Below are positions 52,756 through 64,000 of a stretch of 64,000 nucleotides of DNA, in pieces (positions within the stretch are counted from its first letter, which is position 1; every line of letters begins with the position of its first letter). The DNA is taken from contig OX597832.1 of the NCBI GenBank assembly GCA_951406725.2, forward strand, positions 22,630,001-22,694,000, in the 5' to 3' direction. The position numbers and the translations under genes are program-made. A model generated the notes under the pieces. It had not been told where the DNA came from. It ran no database searches and saw only the letters and a program-made list of their open reading frames with translations. The DNA comes from Octopus vulgaris. Taxonomy: Eukaryota.

Positions 52756-53152
52756 TACTCTTTAACTCTTTACTCTTTTACTTGTTTCAGTCATTTGACT
52801 GCGGCCATGCTGTAGCACCGCCTTTAGTCGAGGAGCAAATCGACCCCGGGACTTATTCTTTGTAAGCCCAGAACTTATTCTATCGGTCTCTTTTGCCGAA
52901 CCGCTAAGTGACGGGGATGTAAACACACCAGCATCGGTTGTCAAGCAATGCTAGGGGGACAAACACAGACACACAAACATACACACACACACACATATAT
53001 ATATATATACATATATACGACAGGCTTCTTTCAGTTTCCGTCTACCAAATCCACTCACAAGGCATTGGTCGGCCCGGGGCTATAGCAGAAGACACTTGCC
53101 CAAGATGCCACGCAGTGGGACTGAACCCGGAACCATGTGGTTGGTTAGCAAG
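52756..53152 (-). mobile_element. SINE family A lacking its first ~28 nt
   Basis: Family match; shares diagnostic variants with the 31171 copy. Confidence 0.9.
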
Positions 53153-53574
53153 AAGAAATCTCATATTATAGAATTCTCAAATTATATATCATTTTCCTGG
53201 AAGAAAAATAAGTTTTTAAATAGAATTGATCAAGCAAAAATAGGATTTTTGCGTGACCAAACTGTGCTCGTCACTGTTTCTACAGAGACGTACAGTATTA
53301 CCTACAAGCAACATCTCGTTCATATTAAATTGACGTAGAATCCGCTGTATTAAATGAAAACAATTATTTCGAGAAAAGAAGCCTTTATGTGTAATAGCTT
53401 TCCACTGTTGCATACTTGGAATATTTTTTTTAGTAGCTACCAATTTAGATAAAATTTCTTTCCTGGAATTAGTCTGTTTTCCCATAAAGGACAGGTTAAT
53501 TTCTGTTGATCGAGCCACTCTTTTAACGGCGCTTGTTTCTCGTAATTGGAATTGAAAGATGCGCTTATGTATTA

Positions 53575-53643
<69 letters not shown>

Positions 53644-53644
53644 A

Positions 53645-53680
<36 letters not shown>

Positions 53681-53754
53681 CCATCTATACATATATATAT
53701 ATACATGTATATATATATACATATACATGTATGTATATATACATATATATATAC

Positions 53755-53849
<95 letters not shown>

Positions 53850-53921
53850 AACACACTCATGTAAATATTTATACGTGTAAGTATGTATATTTATATATAA
53901 GAGTGTGTGCATGAGTGTGAA

Positions 53922-54163
53922 ATCACGTGGCGTAGTGGTTATGGTATTCCGCTTACAATTGTAATGTCAGTTCAATTCCTGTCGGCGTCTTGTATACTTG
54001 ATCAAGGGTCTTTATTTCACGTTGATCCAGTTATCTCAGCTGGCAAAAAGTAGTAGTATCTGTATTTCAAAGAGCCAGCCTTGTTTCTTTCATGCGGAAC
54101 CACCCTGAGAACTTCCTTAAGTATACATGCATGCTGCTTCGTTGATCAGATCAACTGGAACGG

Positions 54164-54200
<37 letters not shown>

Positions 54201-54480
54201 ACACATATATATATATATATATAATAAATAAATGCGCACTTTTAAAGCCTAGCCAAGCTCATGGGCCCGGTTTCCCGGTTTCAATGGCTTATGTGTTCCC
54301 CAGCTGGACGGGACGCCAGTCCATCGCAGCGTTACTCCTTTTTGCCAGCTGAATGGACTGGAGCAACATGAAATGAAGTGTTTTGCTCAAGAAAACAAGG
54401 CGTCGCCCGGTCCAGGAATCGAAACCACAATCTTACGATCATGATGCTGACACCCTAACCACTAAGCCACGCGACTCCAC
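53922..54480. mobile_element. Two CORE-like-head SINEs tail to tail (53922-54165 +, C tail; 54235-54480 -, V-like tail)
   Basis: Heads match 21830-21974; second tail CTGCGATGGACTGGCGTCCCGTCCAG. Confidence 0.8.
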
Positions 54481-54482
54481 TT

Positions 54483-54520
<38 letters not shown>

Positions 54521-54628
54521 CGCATACATACACACACACGTATTTGACCTCTTCAGTGACACTTGCTTGTTTAGTGTGTTCTCAGAGAATGGAGTAAGGG
54601 GAGCAAGAGTACACACGAAGACGGGAAA

Positions 54629-54673
54629 TGTCGCTGAAGAGGACACAGCTGTGTGACGAAAGATTTCCGGACA
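54629..54673 (+). ncRNA. Minimal type-I hammerhead motif
   Basis: tgtcg-CTGAAGA-g gacac agct gtgt gac-GAAA-gatt-TC-cggaca; related copy at ~1905-1930 has GAAA-AATT-TC-cgga. Confidence 0.62.
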
Positions 54674-55626
54674 ATGGACATGAGTTATAATAAGAACAAT
54701 GAACAAGTGAAGGAGGAATATATAGTGCGTGTATTTATTTGGCAATAAAGAAAAAAAAAATGAACATCCCGAAATACTATGACCAACCCGAAATGTATTC
54801 AGTACATATTCAGGATTAAATAAAAAGTACACAACAAACGGAATATTTAGCGAAAACATAAAAAACGGAAAGTAAATTCACAAGGGGGTGGAAAACAGAC
54901 ACAAAAGTTCAAGTCAAAAAAGATATAGTAAAGGGACAGACGGGCGGATAAACAAACATAGAAGGTCACCCAGTCTTCATCAGATATCGGCCAGAAGGTC
55001 AAATGCAATTTCGTGCTATTGTCAATAATATTGCTACCACTCTTGAGGCACCGGCAAAAAACTTGTTGGGAATAGGACAAAAGCATAAGAAAACGAGACA
55101 GAGAAACAATAAATGGATGAACAAGCAATACGGAAATAGATATACGAAAATAGACAGAAGTAATTCGAGACGAAACCGTGATATACATATATATAGTCGC
55201 GATAGTGAAAGACCATCTTGACACCACATATTCATGGCCATATACTACTAATTCCATTCACTTCTTAAACTCTTAACCTTACCGTGACCCCTGGTTCATT
55301 TCATCTCCAGATTCTCCTTCAAATTCTTGACCGTCTCTGTCAACTACTTTTCATTGCTTTTCTTGGACTTTGTGTTCAAGCAAACATAGCCATCCTGTTT
55401 GATTTCAATACTATTCATTCGTGCTTCATTTCTTCCCCTCCCTAATGTCTCACATTACATATCCCTCCCTTCCTTCTCCCCACTTTCATTTATTTCTCTC
55501 CCCTCCTTGTCTTTTCTTCTGTCTCTCTTCTGTCTCAGAACCTCCGTAACCATATCTATCTCTTTAACTTAGTAGCCGACTTACTGTTTTAACCACATTT
55601 ATATTGAAATATTTCCATCAATTTAA

Positions 55627-55854
55627 GGTGGCGAGCTGGCAGAAATGTTACACGCCGGGTGAAATGCTTAGCAGTATTTCGTTTGTCTTTTCGTTCTGAG
55701 TTTGACTCACTTCAACATTTAAATTCCGTCGAGGTTGACTTTGCCATTCATCCTTTCGCTTTCGATAAATTAAGTACCAGTTGCGTACTGAGTTCGATCT
55801 AATCGACTGGCTCCCTCCCCAAAAGTTTCGGGCTTTGTGCCTAATGTAGAAAAG
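55627..55854 (+). mobile_element. SINE family B monomer (head + terminal unit)
   Basis: 17-bp TSD AATATTTCCATCAATTT 55608-24 / 55855-71. Confidence 0.9.
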
Positions 55855-55890
55855 AATATTTCCATCAATTTCTTCATATTTTTGAAATGC

Positions 55891-55965
55891 TTCAACTGAG
55901 GAAGGTTTACGTTTTGGATGCATTTGCTATTATATATTGCACAAACCTGAAACGTTCGTATTAAA
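55891..55965 (+). ncRNA. Type-I hammerhead ribozyme motif, intact core
   Basis: ttcaa-CTGAGGA-aggttt...aaacct-GAAA-c gttc g-TA-ttaaa; 6-bp stem II base, GUA triplet. Confidence 0.72.
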
Positions 55966-56486
55966 CTATCTCAAAATATCTCTATGTAGTTTGATTTCAT
56001 GATTGCAACTAATACGACTCGATGACAGAAAAAACTTGCAGACTTGGACTCCACTGCATTTATACACATATTCTAACAACGATCTGGTGTAGTTTGTTAT
56101 ATTCGACCCCAATAGCCAAATTCTGGTACCGTGCACCGATTTTTATCGTAAGATGAAATATATACCTACATGTATACATACATATGTGTGTGTGTGTGTA
56201 TGTGTGTGTATGTGAGTGTGTGTGTGTGTGTGTACGTAAATGTCGAACGACGGAAGAGAGTGCTCAACACCGCATTGGTGCATATAATGTGTTTAATTGT
56301 GAATTAAGGCTACCAATGGTTTCATATTCAGAAAAGTAGAAACGTATCCCAGTGTCTTAACAAATTTTCAAGCCGATCACGTTGAGAAAAGTGTTTGCCT
56401 CCATATTGGTTTTCCAAAATGGAGGTGAACAACACCGTCATTCATGTGATCTGCTTGAAATAAGAGTTAAGATACTAGGCACACAC

Positions 56487-56547
<61 letters not shown>

Positions 56548-56583
56548 TATATATATATGTATATATATATTCATGCATACATA

Positions 56584-56670
<87 letters not shown>

Positions 56671-56965
56671 GCACATGAACGCCTGCACACGCGTGTGTAT
56701 GCAAATTCACATATGTATGTAAGTATATCTATATCTATACATATATACACACACACACACATACAGACATGTGTATGTATGGATATATATACCCATATAT
56801 GTATACACCCATATATTTGCACTCATATATCTATTTATCTATCTATCTATCTATCTATCTATTTATATATATATATGTATATATGTATGTATGTATGTAT
56901 GTAGATAGACAGACAAAGAGGTAGGTAGGTAGATAAGTAAATAGATAGCTAGATAGATAGCTAGC

Positions 56966-57019
<54 letters not shown>

Positions 57020-57689
57020 TGTAGATAGACGCGTGTCTGGATGTACGAATTCCCTCCCTCCCCCTCTCTTTCTCTCAGACACACACACGCACGCACACAC
57101 ACACACACACGCACACACACACACACGCACACACACACACATATGTATGTATGTATATATAGCCTGCAGCAACGCATATTAATTCACGTCTACGGCTCAT
57201 AATATGACTGTAGCATTGATTTCAGAAATCGTCAACTACAGAACAATATAAGTTTAATCTGAATGACAAAAGTGAAAGGGATGTTCAAAAGTCAAGAAGC
57301 GCTTTATTGTATGCAAAATGGTAATAAAACAAAATTCCAGCAAACATAACCAATTCTAGTAAACAATATGAGTCTCAGTCTTTTGTTAATGTATGTATCA
57401 TCTCTCTCTCTCTCTCTCTGTCTCTCTGTCTCTCTCTCTCTCTCACACACACACACACGCTTATGTATATATACATATATATATCTATCTATATATATAC
57501 CCATATATATATATACACCTATATATATCTATATTTACACTCTTATATATATATATATTATATTAAATTAGAGACAAAACCACTATTAGACAAATCAAAG
57601 AATGAAAAACTTAAGCCAATACATAAGATTATTTAATTTATATTATTTAAATATATAACAAAATTATTAAAAAAATATAATTAATATCA

Positions 57690-57753
57690 CACTACGATCG
57701 TTTCATGCCTGCTAACTTCTTCAAATTTTTGAGTCGCAGTCATCCATCAGGTG
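57690..57753 (-). ncRNA. Minimal hammerhead motif (A9G) in a (TA)n-flanked element
   Basis: cac-CTGATGG-atgactgcgact...agttagcaggcat-GAAA-c GATC g-TA-gtg. Confidence 0.68.
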
Positions 57754-57980
57754 GTTTAAATATTTATCTTGGCGAGGTTTAAGTTTGGATTTATTCCCTA
57801 ATATTTATTATATATATATATATATAGATATATGTATGAGTGTAAATATATATATATATATATATATATGTAAGTTCAGCAAAAATTAAGATTCGAATGA
57901 ATATGGTACTTAATTTAGTTGTACCAGAATATAATGTTGCCACTTGATTTGAAAGCTTTTGTATTAATGGAAAACCTCTA

Positions 57981-58073
57981 TAATTGGCTGATGAGTACTC
58001 AGCATCTTAAATCTGTTGTAATACTTACAACATTTAATAAAATGATGTAGTAAGAAACGATTGTACCAAATTA
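57981..58073 (+). ncRNA. Minimal hammerhead motif with long stem II in a (TA)n-flanked element
   Basis: ttgg-CTGATGA-gtact..catc..tgttgtaa tac ttacaaca..gatg.agtaa-GAAA-c gatt g-TA-ccaa. Confidence 0.7.
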
Positions 58074-58100
58074 CCGAAGTCATTCTTGTTGCTTATTTTG

Positions 58101-58162
<62 letters not shown>

Positions 58163-58222
58163 TAGATAGATAGATAGATAAGTATATATACATATATATA
58201 TACATACACAGACACACACACA

Positions 58223-58264
<42 letters not shown>

Positions 58265-58355
58265 TATATATATGTCTATACACGTATGCACATATACATA
58301 CGCACACATATGGTCTTATACTTATGTACACACATACACATACATATATTAAATG

Positions 58356-58657
58356 GCATTCCATCGTCCTGATGACGTGTGTTGTAGTTGATCCAATCAA
58401 AGGGAACAGTCAGCTCGTGAAATTAAGAAGGAAATGGCTGCACAATTCCATGCGCACGCGTACCCATTAAAGTAGTTTCCGGAGAGATTCGATGTGACCG
58501 GAAATGTGACAACGCTGGCACTTCGATGCGCCACTGAGTGGACTAGAACAAGGCGAAATAAAGTGATTTGCCCCAAAACGCATCGAACGCATCGCCGGGC
58601 ATCGAACTCACGAACGTAAGATGATGAGCCGAACTCTCTAACCACTGAGATACGCGG
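58356..58657 (-). mobile_element. Diverged CORE-like head/C tail SINE
   Basis: Colinear with 21656-21974. Confidence 0.7.
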
Positions 58658-59429
58658 TCTTATACGCACATAAATAAACACGCAAAGATACACACGCACA
58701 CACGCAAGCACACACAAAGAGACGCACACAGACATGCACAGATACATACCCAAACACATGCACAAACACACAAACACATTTCTGGTCCCTAGATGGAGCT
58801 AGTTGCAATACTGGACATAATTGTATGCAGATGTTACCCGTGTTACAAGGGTATATTGGAGTTCAAATACCGACAAGTTCTGAGTTCGAATCTCGCCGAG
58901 AAACCGATTTATCATATTGGTTTTCGAGGGACGAATGATAAAACAGACCTTGGTGGGATTTGAACTCAGAACGTAACGAAACATCTGCGAGAATTAATTT
59001 CCCATACGCTAAAGATTTAGTGGATAGGTACCCTATACAGCAACCCCTATTCAGCTGTACAAATTGTTTTTAATTTTGGCGCCAGGCCAGTAGATAGTAT
59101 AGAAGGTTGCATACTGTTACTATCGCCCCCAGAAATTGAAGGGGTCTTCATTTTATCGGCCACCGCAAGATAAAAGTTATAGTTGACGTTAGGGTGATTT
59201 GAACCTAGAGCTTAACGACCCAGATATGATGCCGCAAGGTGTTTCTTCGACGTATTTTTCTAACCATTGTGCGAGTTCTCTGTATTCATTCAGCAGTGAA
59301 AATTGTAATTCGGGTATAGGGTTGTAATCGTCAGGGTAAGTATTTAAAGGTAAACCTAAGCAAGAATTGAATTCAGAACATAAAGGCAAAAGAAATGCAG
59401 TCAAGCATATTGTTCGACGCGCTAACGAT

Positions 59430-60300
59430 TCTTTTCTACTCTAGGAAAAAAGCCCGACATTTAGGGGGAGGGGACCGGACGATCAGATTGACGTCAGTAT
59501 GCAACTGGTACTTGATTTATTGAGCCCGAAAGGATGAAAACCAAAGTCGAGCTCGGCAGAATTTGAACACAGAAAATAAAGACAGACGAAATACCTATCT
59601 CTTTATTGCCCACAAGGGGCTAATTATAAAGGGGACAAACAAGGACAGACAAACGGATTAATTCGATTACATCGGCCCCAGTGCGTAACTGGTACTTAAT
59701 TTAATCGACCCCGAAAGAATGAAAGGCAAAGTCGACCTCGGCGGAATTTGAACTCAGAACGTAACAGAAGACGAAATACGGCTATGCATTTCGCCCAGCG
59801 TGCTAACGGTTCTACCAGCTCGCTATCTTAAGCGAGATGATAAGAGAAAACACATTGTACAATAATTTCTTCGTCTTACATTTTAAAATTAATTAAGATA
59901 ACAAACGGGAAAAAATGCTGAGCGATATTTTGTCGATCTTTACGTAAAATTCTGGTCTGGAGTTCAAATTCCGCCGAGGTCGACTTTGCACTTTATCCTT
60001 TCGGGATAAATTTAATAATTAATTAATCATCCTTTCGGGATAAATTAAATAATTAATTAATTATTCTTTCGGGATAGATGTAATAATTAATTAAGGTGAC
60101 AAGATGGCAAAGATGCTGAGCCGTAGTTCGTCGGTCTCTATATCAAATTCCGGTCCGGAGTTCAAATTCCACCGAGGTCGACTTCGCCCTTTATCCTTTC
60201 GGGGTCGAAAAAATAAATACCAATTGAAATCAGGGGTCAATGCCATCAGTCTATTCCTCCCCCGAAATTGACGGGCTTTGCGCCAACATTTGGAACCAAT
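59430..60300. mobile_element. SINE B cluster (dimer - 59430-59822; + fragments 59960-60300) with a 34-bp x3 minisatellite at 59995-60094
   Basis: Family consensus match; TCCTTTCGGGATAAATT.AATAATTAATTAAT repeated. Confidence 0.8.
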
Positions 60301-61071
60301 ATTCAATAATTAACTTCGAAATGCACTCAGTCATGGCGCTTAATATTTGAAGACTATTCTTAAAATCATTGCGTGAAATGATTATATATATATCGCTGGT
60401 GTCGTTGCGGTGACGGTGGTGCAGCTAGAGGTTGCATGCATAGCTGTATAGTTTAGAAGTTCTTTTGACAACACCGCAGTTTAAGAGTCCGCTGCACTAC
60501 ATAGAACCTTGAACAAGCTAACGTATTCTACTGTTGGGTGGGGTCACTAAAAGCTATGTGAAAGGAATTATTTAGACTCAAAACCCGTGTAAAACTATCC
60601 GAAGGACTTATATCTAGGAGTGTTTAACACAGCCACCGGATACTGAGTACATTTGGCGGATTCAAACGCAATTGCGTGAATTAGAACCTCTATTCATACC
60701 AGAGTAACTTTCCCCATATCGTTTGTTCCCCACCAATTTCGAAACTGATAAAACGCTCGTAAGAGCTACGCCATCTTTGCTGCGCCAATAAAAAGAGATA
60801 AAAGGCAAAAGGAAAGTATTGATGCAGATCGATCAACAAAATAAAATTAAAAAATAAATACTGAAGCCGTGACCAGTGGGTCTGTTTTTATATTCGATAC
60901 TATCTTACTTTAAATGTCCTTCCATTTTTAAGTTAATAGGGTGCTATTTAATGGAGACTTGGTTGTTATTTCTAGCAAGGTAAACGACCACAGAAGAGAT
61001 TCCTTCGTTGATTTACTTCGTTTTTAGTTCCTGAGCTGAAATTTTTATACTTCTGGTATTCATATGATTGT

Positions 61072-61372
61072 GGAAGCGCAATGGCCCAGTGGCTATGGCA
61101 GCGGACACGCGGTCGGAGGATCGCGGTTCCGATTCTCAGACCGGGCGTTGTGTGTGTTTATTGAGCGAAAACACCTAAAGCTCCACGACGCTCCGGCAGG
61201 GGATGGTAGCGACTCATGTTGTACTCTTTCTCCCCAACTTTCTTTCACTCGTTCTTCCTGTTTCTTGAGTAACGCTGCGATGGACTGGCGTCCCGTCCAG
61301 TTGGGGGTGAAAATATACGCCACAGAAACCGGGAAACCGGGCCCATGAGACTGGTTAGGCTTGAAAAGGGCA
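61072..61372 (+). mobile_element. SINE: head C plus V-like tail
   Basis: Head as in 16400-16582, tail as in 54235-54330. Confidence 0.85.
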
Positions 61373-61919
61373 ACGTTTTTCGTTTTTTTCTATTAGTATC
61401 ATTAATGACGGCGAGCTAGCGGAATCGTTAGCATCTTTTCATCTGTCTTTAGGTTTTGAATTCAACTCTCCACGATGTCGACTTTGCGTTCCATCATACC
61501 GGGTTCGATAAAATAAATACCAGCCAATCAGTGAAGAGGTCGATGTAATCGACTTACCCTTCTCCAACAAAATTACTGGCCTTGTGCCGAGACGTGAGAA
61601 CTATATTCGTATTATTGGAAACTGGACTGGGGCGGCAAGCTAGCAGGATTACAAGCGCGTCAGATAAACTGCGTAGTGATATTTCATCCGGAACTTTATG
61701 ACCCGAGTTCAAATTTCAGTGGAGGTCCACTTTGCATTTCTTCCTTTCGTGGTCAGTATAATAAGTACCAGTTAATTACTGGTGGGTTCATGTAATTGCC
61801 TTACTAGCCTAAAATTTCTGGCCTTGTGACAAAATTAGAAATAGTTACTAGATTGCTGGATCAGTGTGGATGAGCAGATTCGGTAGAGATTCGAAAATAT
61901 GTTATGTCATTTCTTCCTG

Positions 61920-61987
<68 letters not shown>

Positions 61988-62815
61988 CGTGGCGAGCAAG
62001 CAGAAACGTTAGCACGGGCGAAATACTAAGCGGTTCTGAGTTCAAATTCCGCCGAGGTCGGCTTTGCCTTTCATCCTTTCGGAGTCGATTAAATAAGTAC
62101 CAGTTACGCACTGGCGTCGATAAAATTGACTTAATCCGTTTGTCTGTCCTTGTTTGTCCCCTCTGTGTTTAACCCCTTGTGGGTAGTAAAGAAATAGGTA
62201 TTTCGTCTGCCGCTACATTCTGAGTTCAAATTCCACCTAGGTCAACTTTGCGTTTCACCCTTTCGGGGTCGATTAAATAAGTACCTATTACTTTACTACC
62301 CACATGGAGCTAAACACAGACAGGACAAACAAGGACAGACAAACATATTAAGTCGATTATATCGACCCCAGTGCGTAACTGATACTTATTTAATCGACCC
62401 CAAAAGGATGAAAGGCAAAGTCGACCTCGGCAGAATTTGAACTCAGAACGTAGCGGCAGACGAAATACCTATTTCTTTACTACCCACAAGGGGATAAATG
62501 CAGAGGGGACGAACAAGGACAGACGAATGGATTAAGTTGGTTACATCGACCCCAGTGCGTAACTGGTACTTATTTAATCGACGCCGAAAGGATGAAAGGC
62601 AAAGTCGATCTCGGCAGAATTTGAACTCAGAACGTAGCAGCAGAGGAAATACTGCTAAGTATTTCGCCTGGCGTGCTAACGATTCTGCCAGCCTGCCGCC
62701 TAAATAAGTACCAGTTACGCACTGGGGTCGATATAATCGACTTCATCCGTCAGTCACTCCTTGTTTGTCTTCTCTGTGTTTAGCCCCTTGTGGGTAGTAA
62801 AGAAATAGGTATTTA
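61988..62815. mobile_element. SINE B dimer (+) with a SINE B dimer (-) nested inside (62286-62700)
   Basis: 12-bp TSD TAAATAAGTACC at 62274-85 / 62701-12. Confidence 0.92.
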
Positions 62816-63334
62816 GCCTGTGACACACACACACACACATTCATATAGAAATGGGACTGCATGAAAAGAAATACGCAGTGAAGGAAAGGCCTTGTGATAT
62901 TTGCTCTGCACCGAGTTACATACGCTCTCTTGTCACTGTCACTCTCCCTGCTGCCAGAAATGCAATGAGCCATTGCTTGGCTCGTTAGAAACACGTTAAG
63001 AAAGGCGCTCCATATTTTGGCAAATTGCCATATAAAGTTTTTTCTCTTTTTCTTTATGCCATTACTATTGCTGCGAGTGGCCGAGGGCGACGCCAGGAAA
63101 CTAGCAAGATGGCTGTTAGCGTTACATTGTTTGCCAGGACATGCAAATAAAATTCAAATCTGTATGATGTTTGAAATTAGATACACGAATCTAAACAGAG
63201 TACAATTTTCAATTATACACCAACAAAAAATGCAATCTTCATTAAATTCTGTTGGAACGAGTGTTAATAACTTTTAACGAATTTACATTTTTGTGTGCAG
63301 TTATTAGTATCGTTTTTGTCTTACGTACACACAT

Positions 63335-63387
<53 letters not shown>

Positions 63388-63457
63388 CACACACACATAA
63401 ATACATACACACACACGCACAAACACACACAGACATATATATATACAGACGTGTATG

Positions 63458-63489
<32 letters not shown>

Positions 63490-63514
63490 TACATATATAT
63501 ATACATATATATAT

Positions 63515-63553
<39 letters not shown>

Positions 63554-63719
63554 TATATTATATATATACATATATATATATACATATATATATATACACA
63601 TATATACATATATATATATATACATATATACATATATATGTACACACATATATATATATATATATATATATTTACGTATATTTATTTTTGTATCCCACCC
63701 TATGGAAGTTAATATGTGC

Positions 63720-63750
<31 letters not shown>

Positions 63751-63826
63751 TGCAGGGAGAGATTGAGAGAGAGAGAGAGAAACAGTCAATGAATATGAAT
63801 ATATATATATTTATGCATGTATATAA

Positions 63827-63864
<38 letters not shown>

Positions 63865-63926
63865 TCATTCTTTCCTTCTAGACACGTATATACTCACATA
63901 TGCATGCGCACAGACACACACACACA

Positions 63927-63984
<58 letters not shown>

Positions 63985-64000
63985 TATATACATATATATA

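Noticed and set aside
55240-55400. Possible PLE GIY-YIG C-terminus (RLCQLLFIAFLG) upstream of the 55891 hammerhead
   Set aside because: Similarity is too weak to support alone
62850-63160. Unique patch with CArG-like motifs and a 45-codon ORF; similar patch at 41500-41610
   Set aside because: The motifs are imperfect, with no credible splice sites or homology

Overview
This is AT-rich, microsatellite-saturated animal genomic DNA with no confidently identifiable host protein-coding gene. Nearly all ORFs in the track are translations of simple repeats or SINEs. The repeat repertoire (several tRNA-derived SINE families, extreme (TA)n/(TATG)n/(TAT)n density) suggests an octopus/coleoid cephalopod intron or intergenic region; this is inference, not verified. 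The window holds about 40 SINE copies from 3-4 modular families. It holds decayed non-LTR elements of several clades: Jockey/I-like APE, HERO, R4/Dong, two RTE 3' ends, a further RT fragment, and a Penelope-like GIY-YIG ORF. DNA-transposon derivatives include a mariner, a pogo-like MITE, a piggyBac MITE and a tiny hAT. The main unexplained structure, found by eye, is a dispersed set of about 12 minimal type-I hammerhead-ribozyme motifs (CUGANGA...GAAA-N-palindromic loop-N-UH). They occur in sequence-diverse short elements, many abutting (TA)n tracts, together with several fold-back palindromes, one centred on a hammerhead core. This pattern fits a diverse Penelope-like pLTR / retrozyme-like system. 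All calls are manual; no alignment, folding or database search was run.
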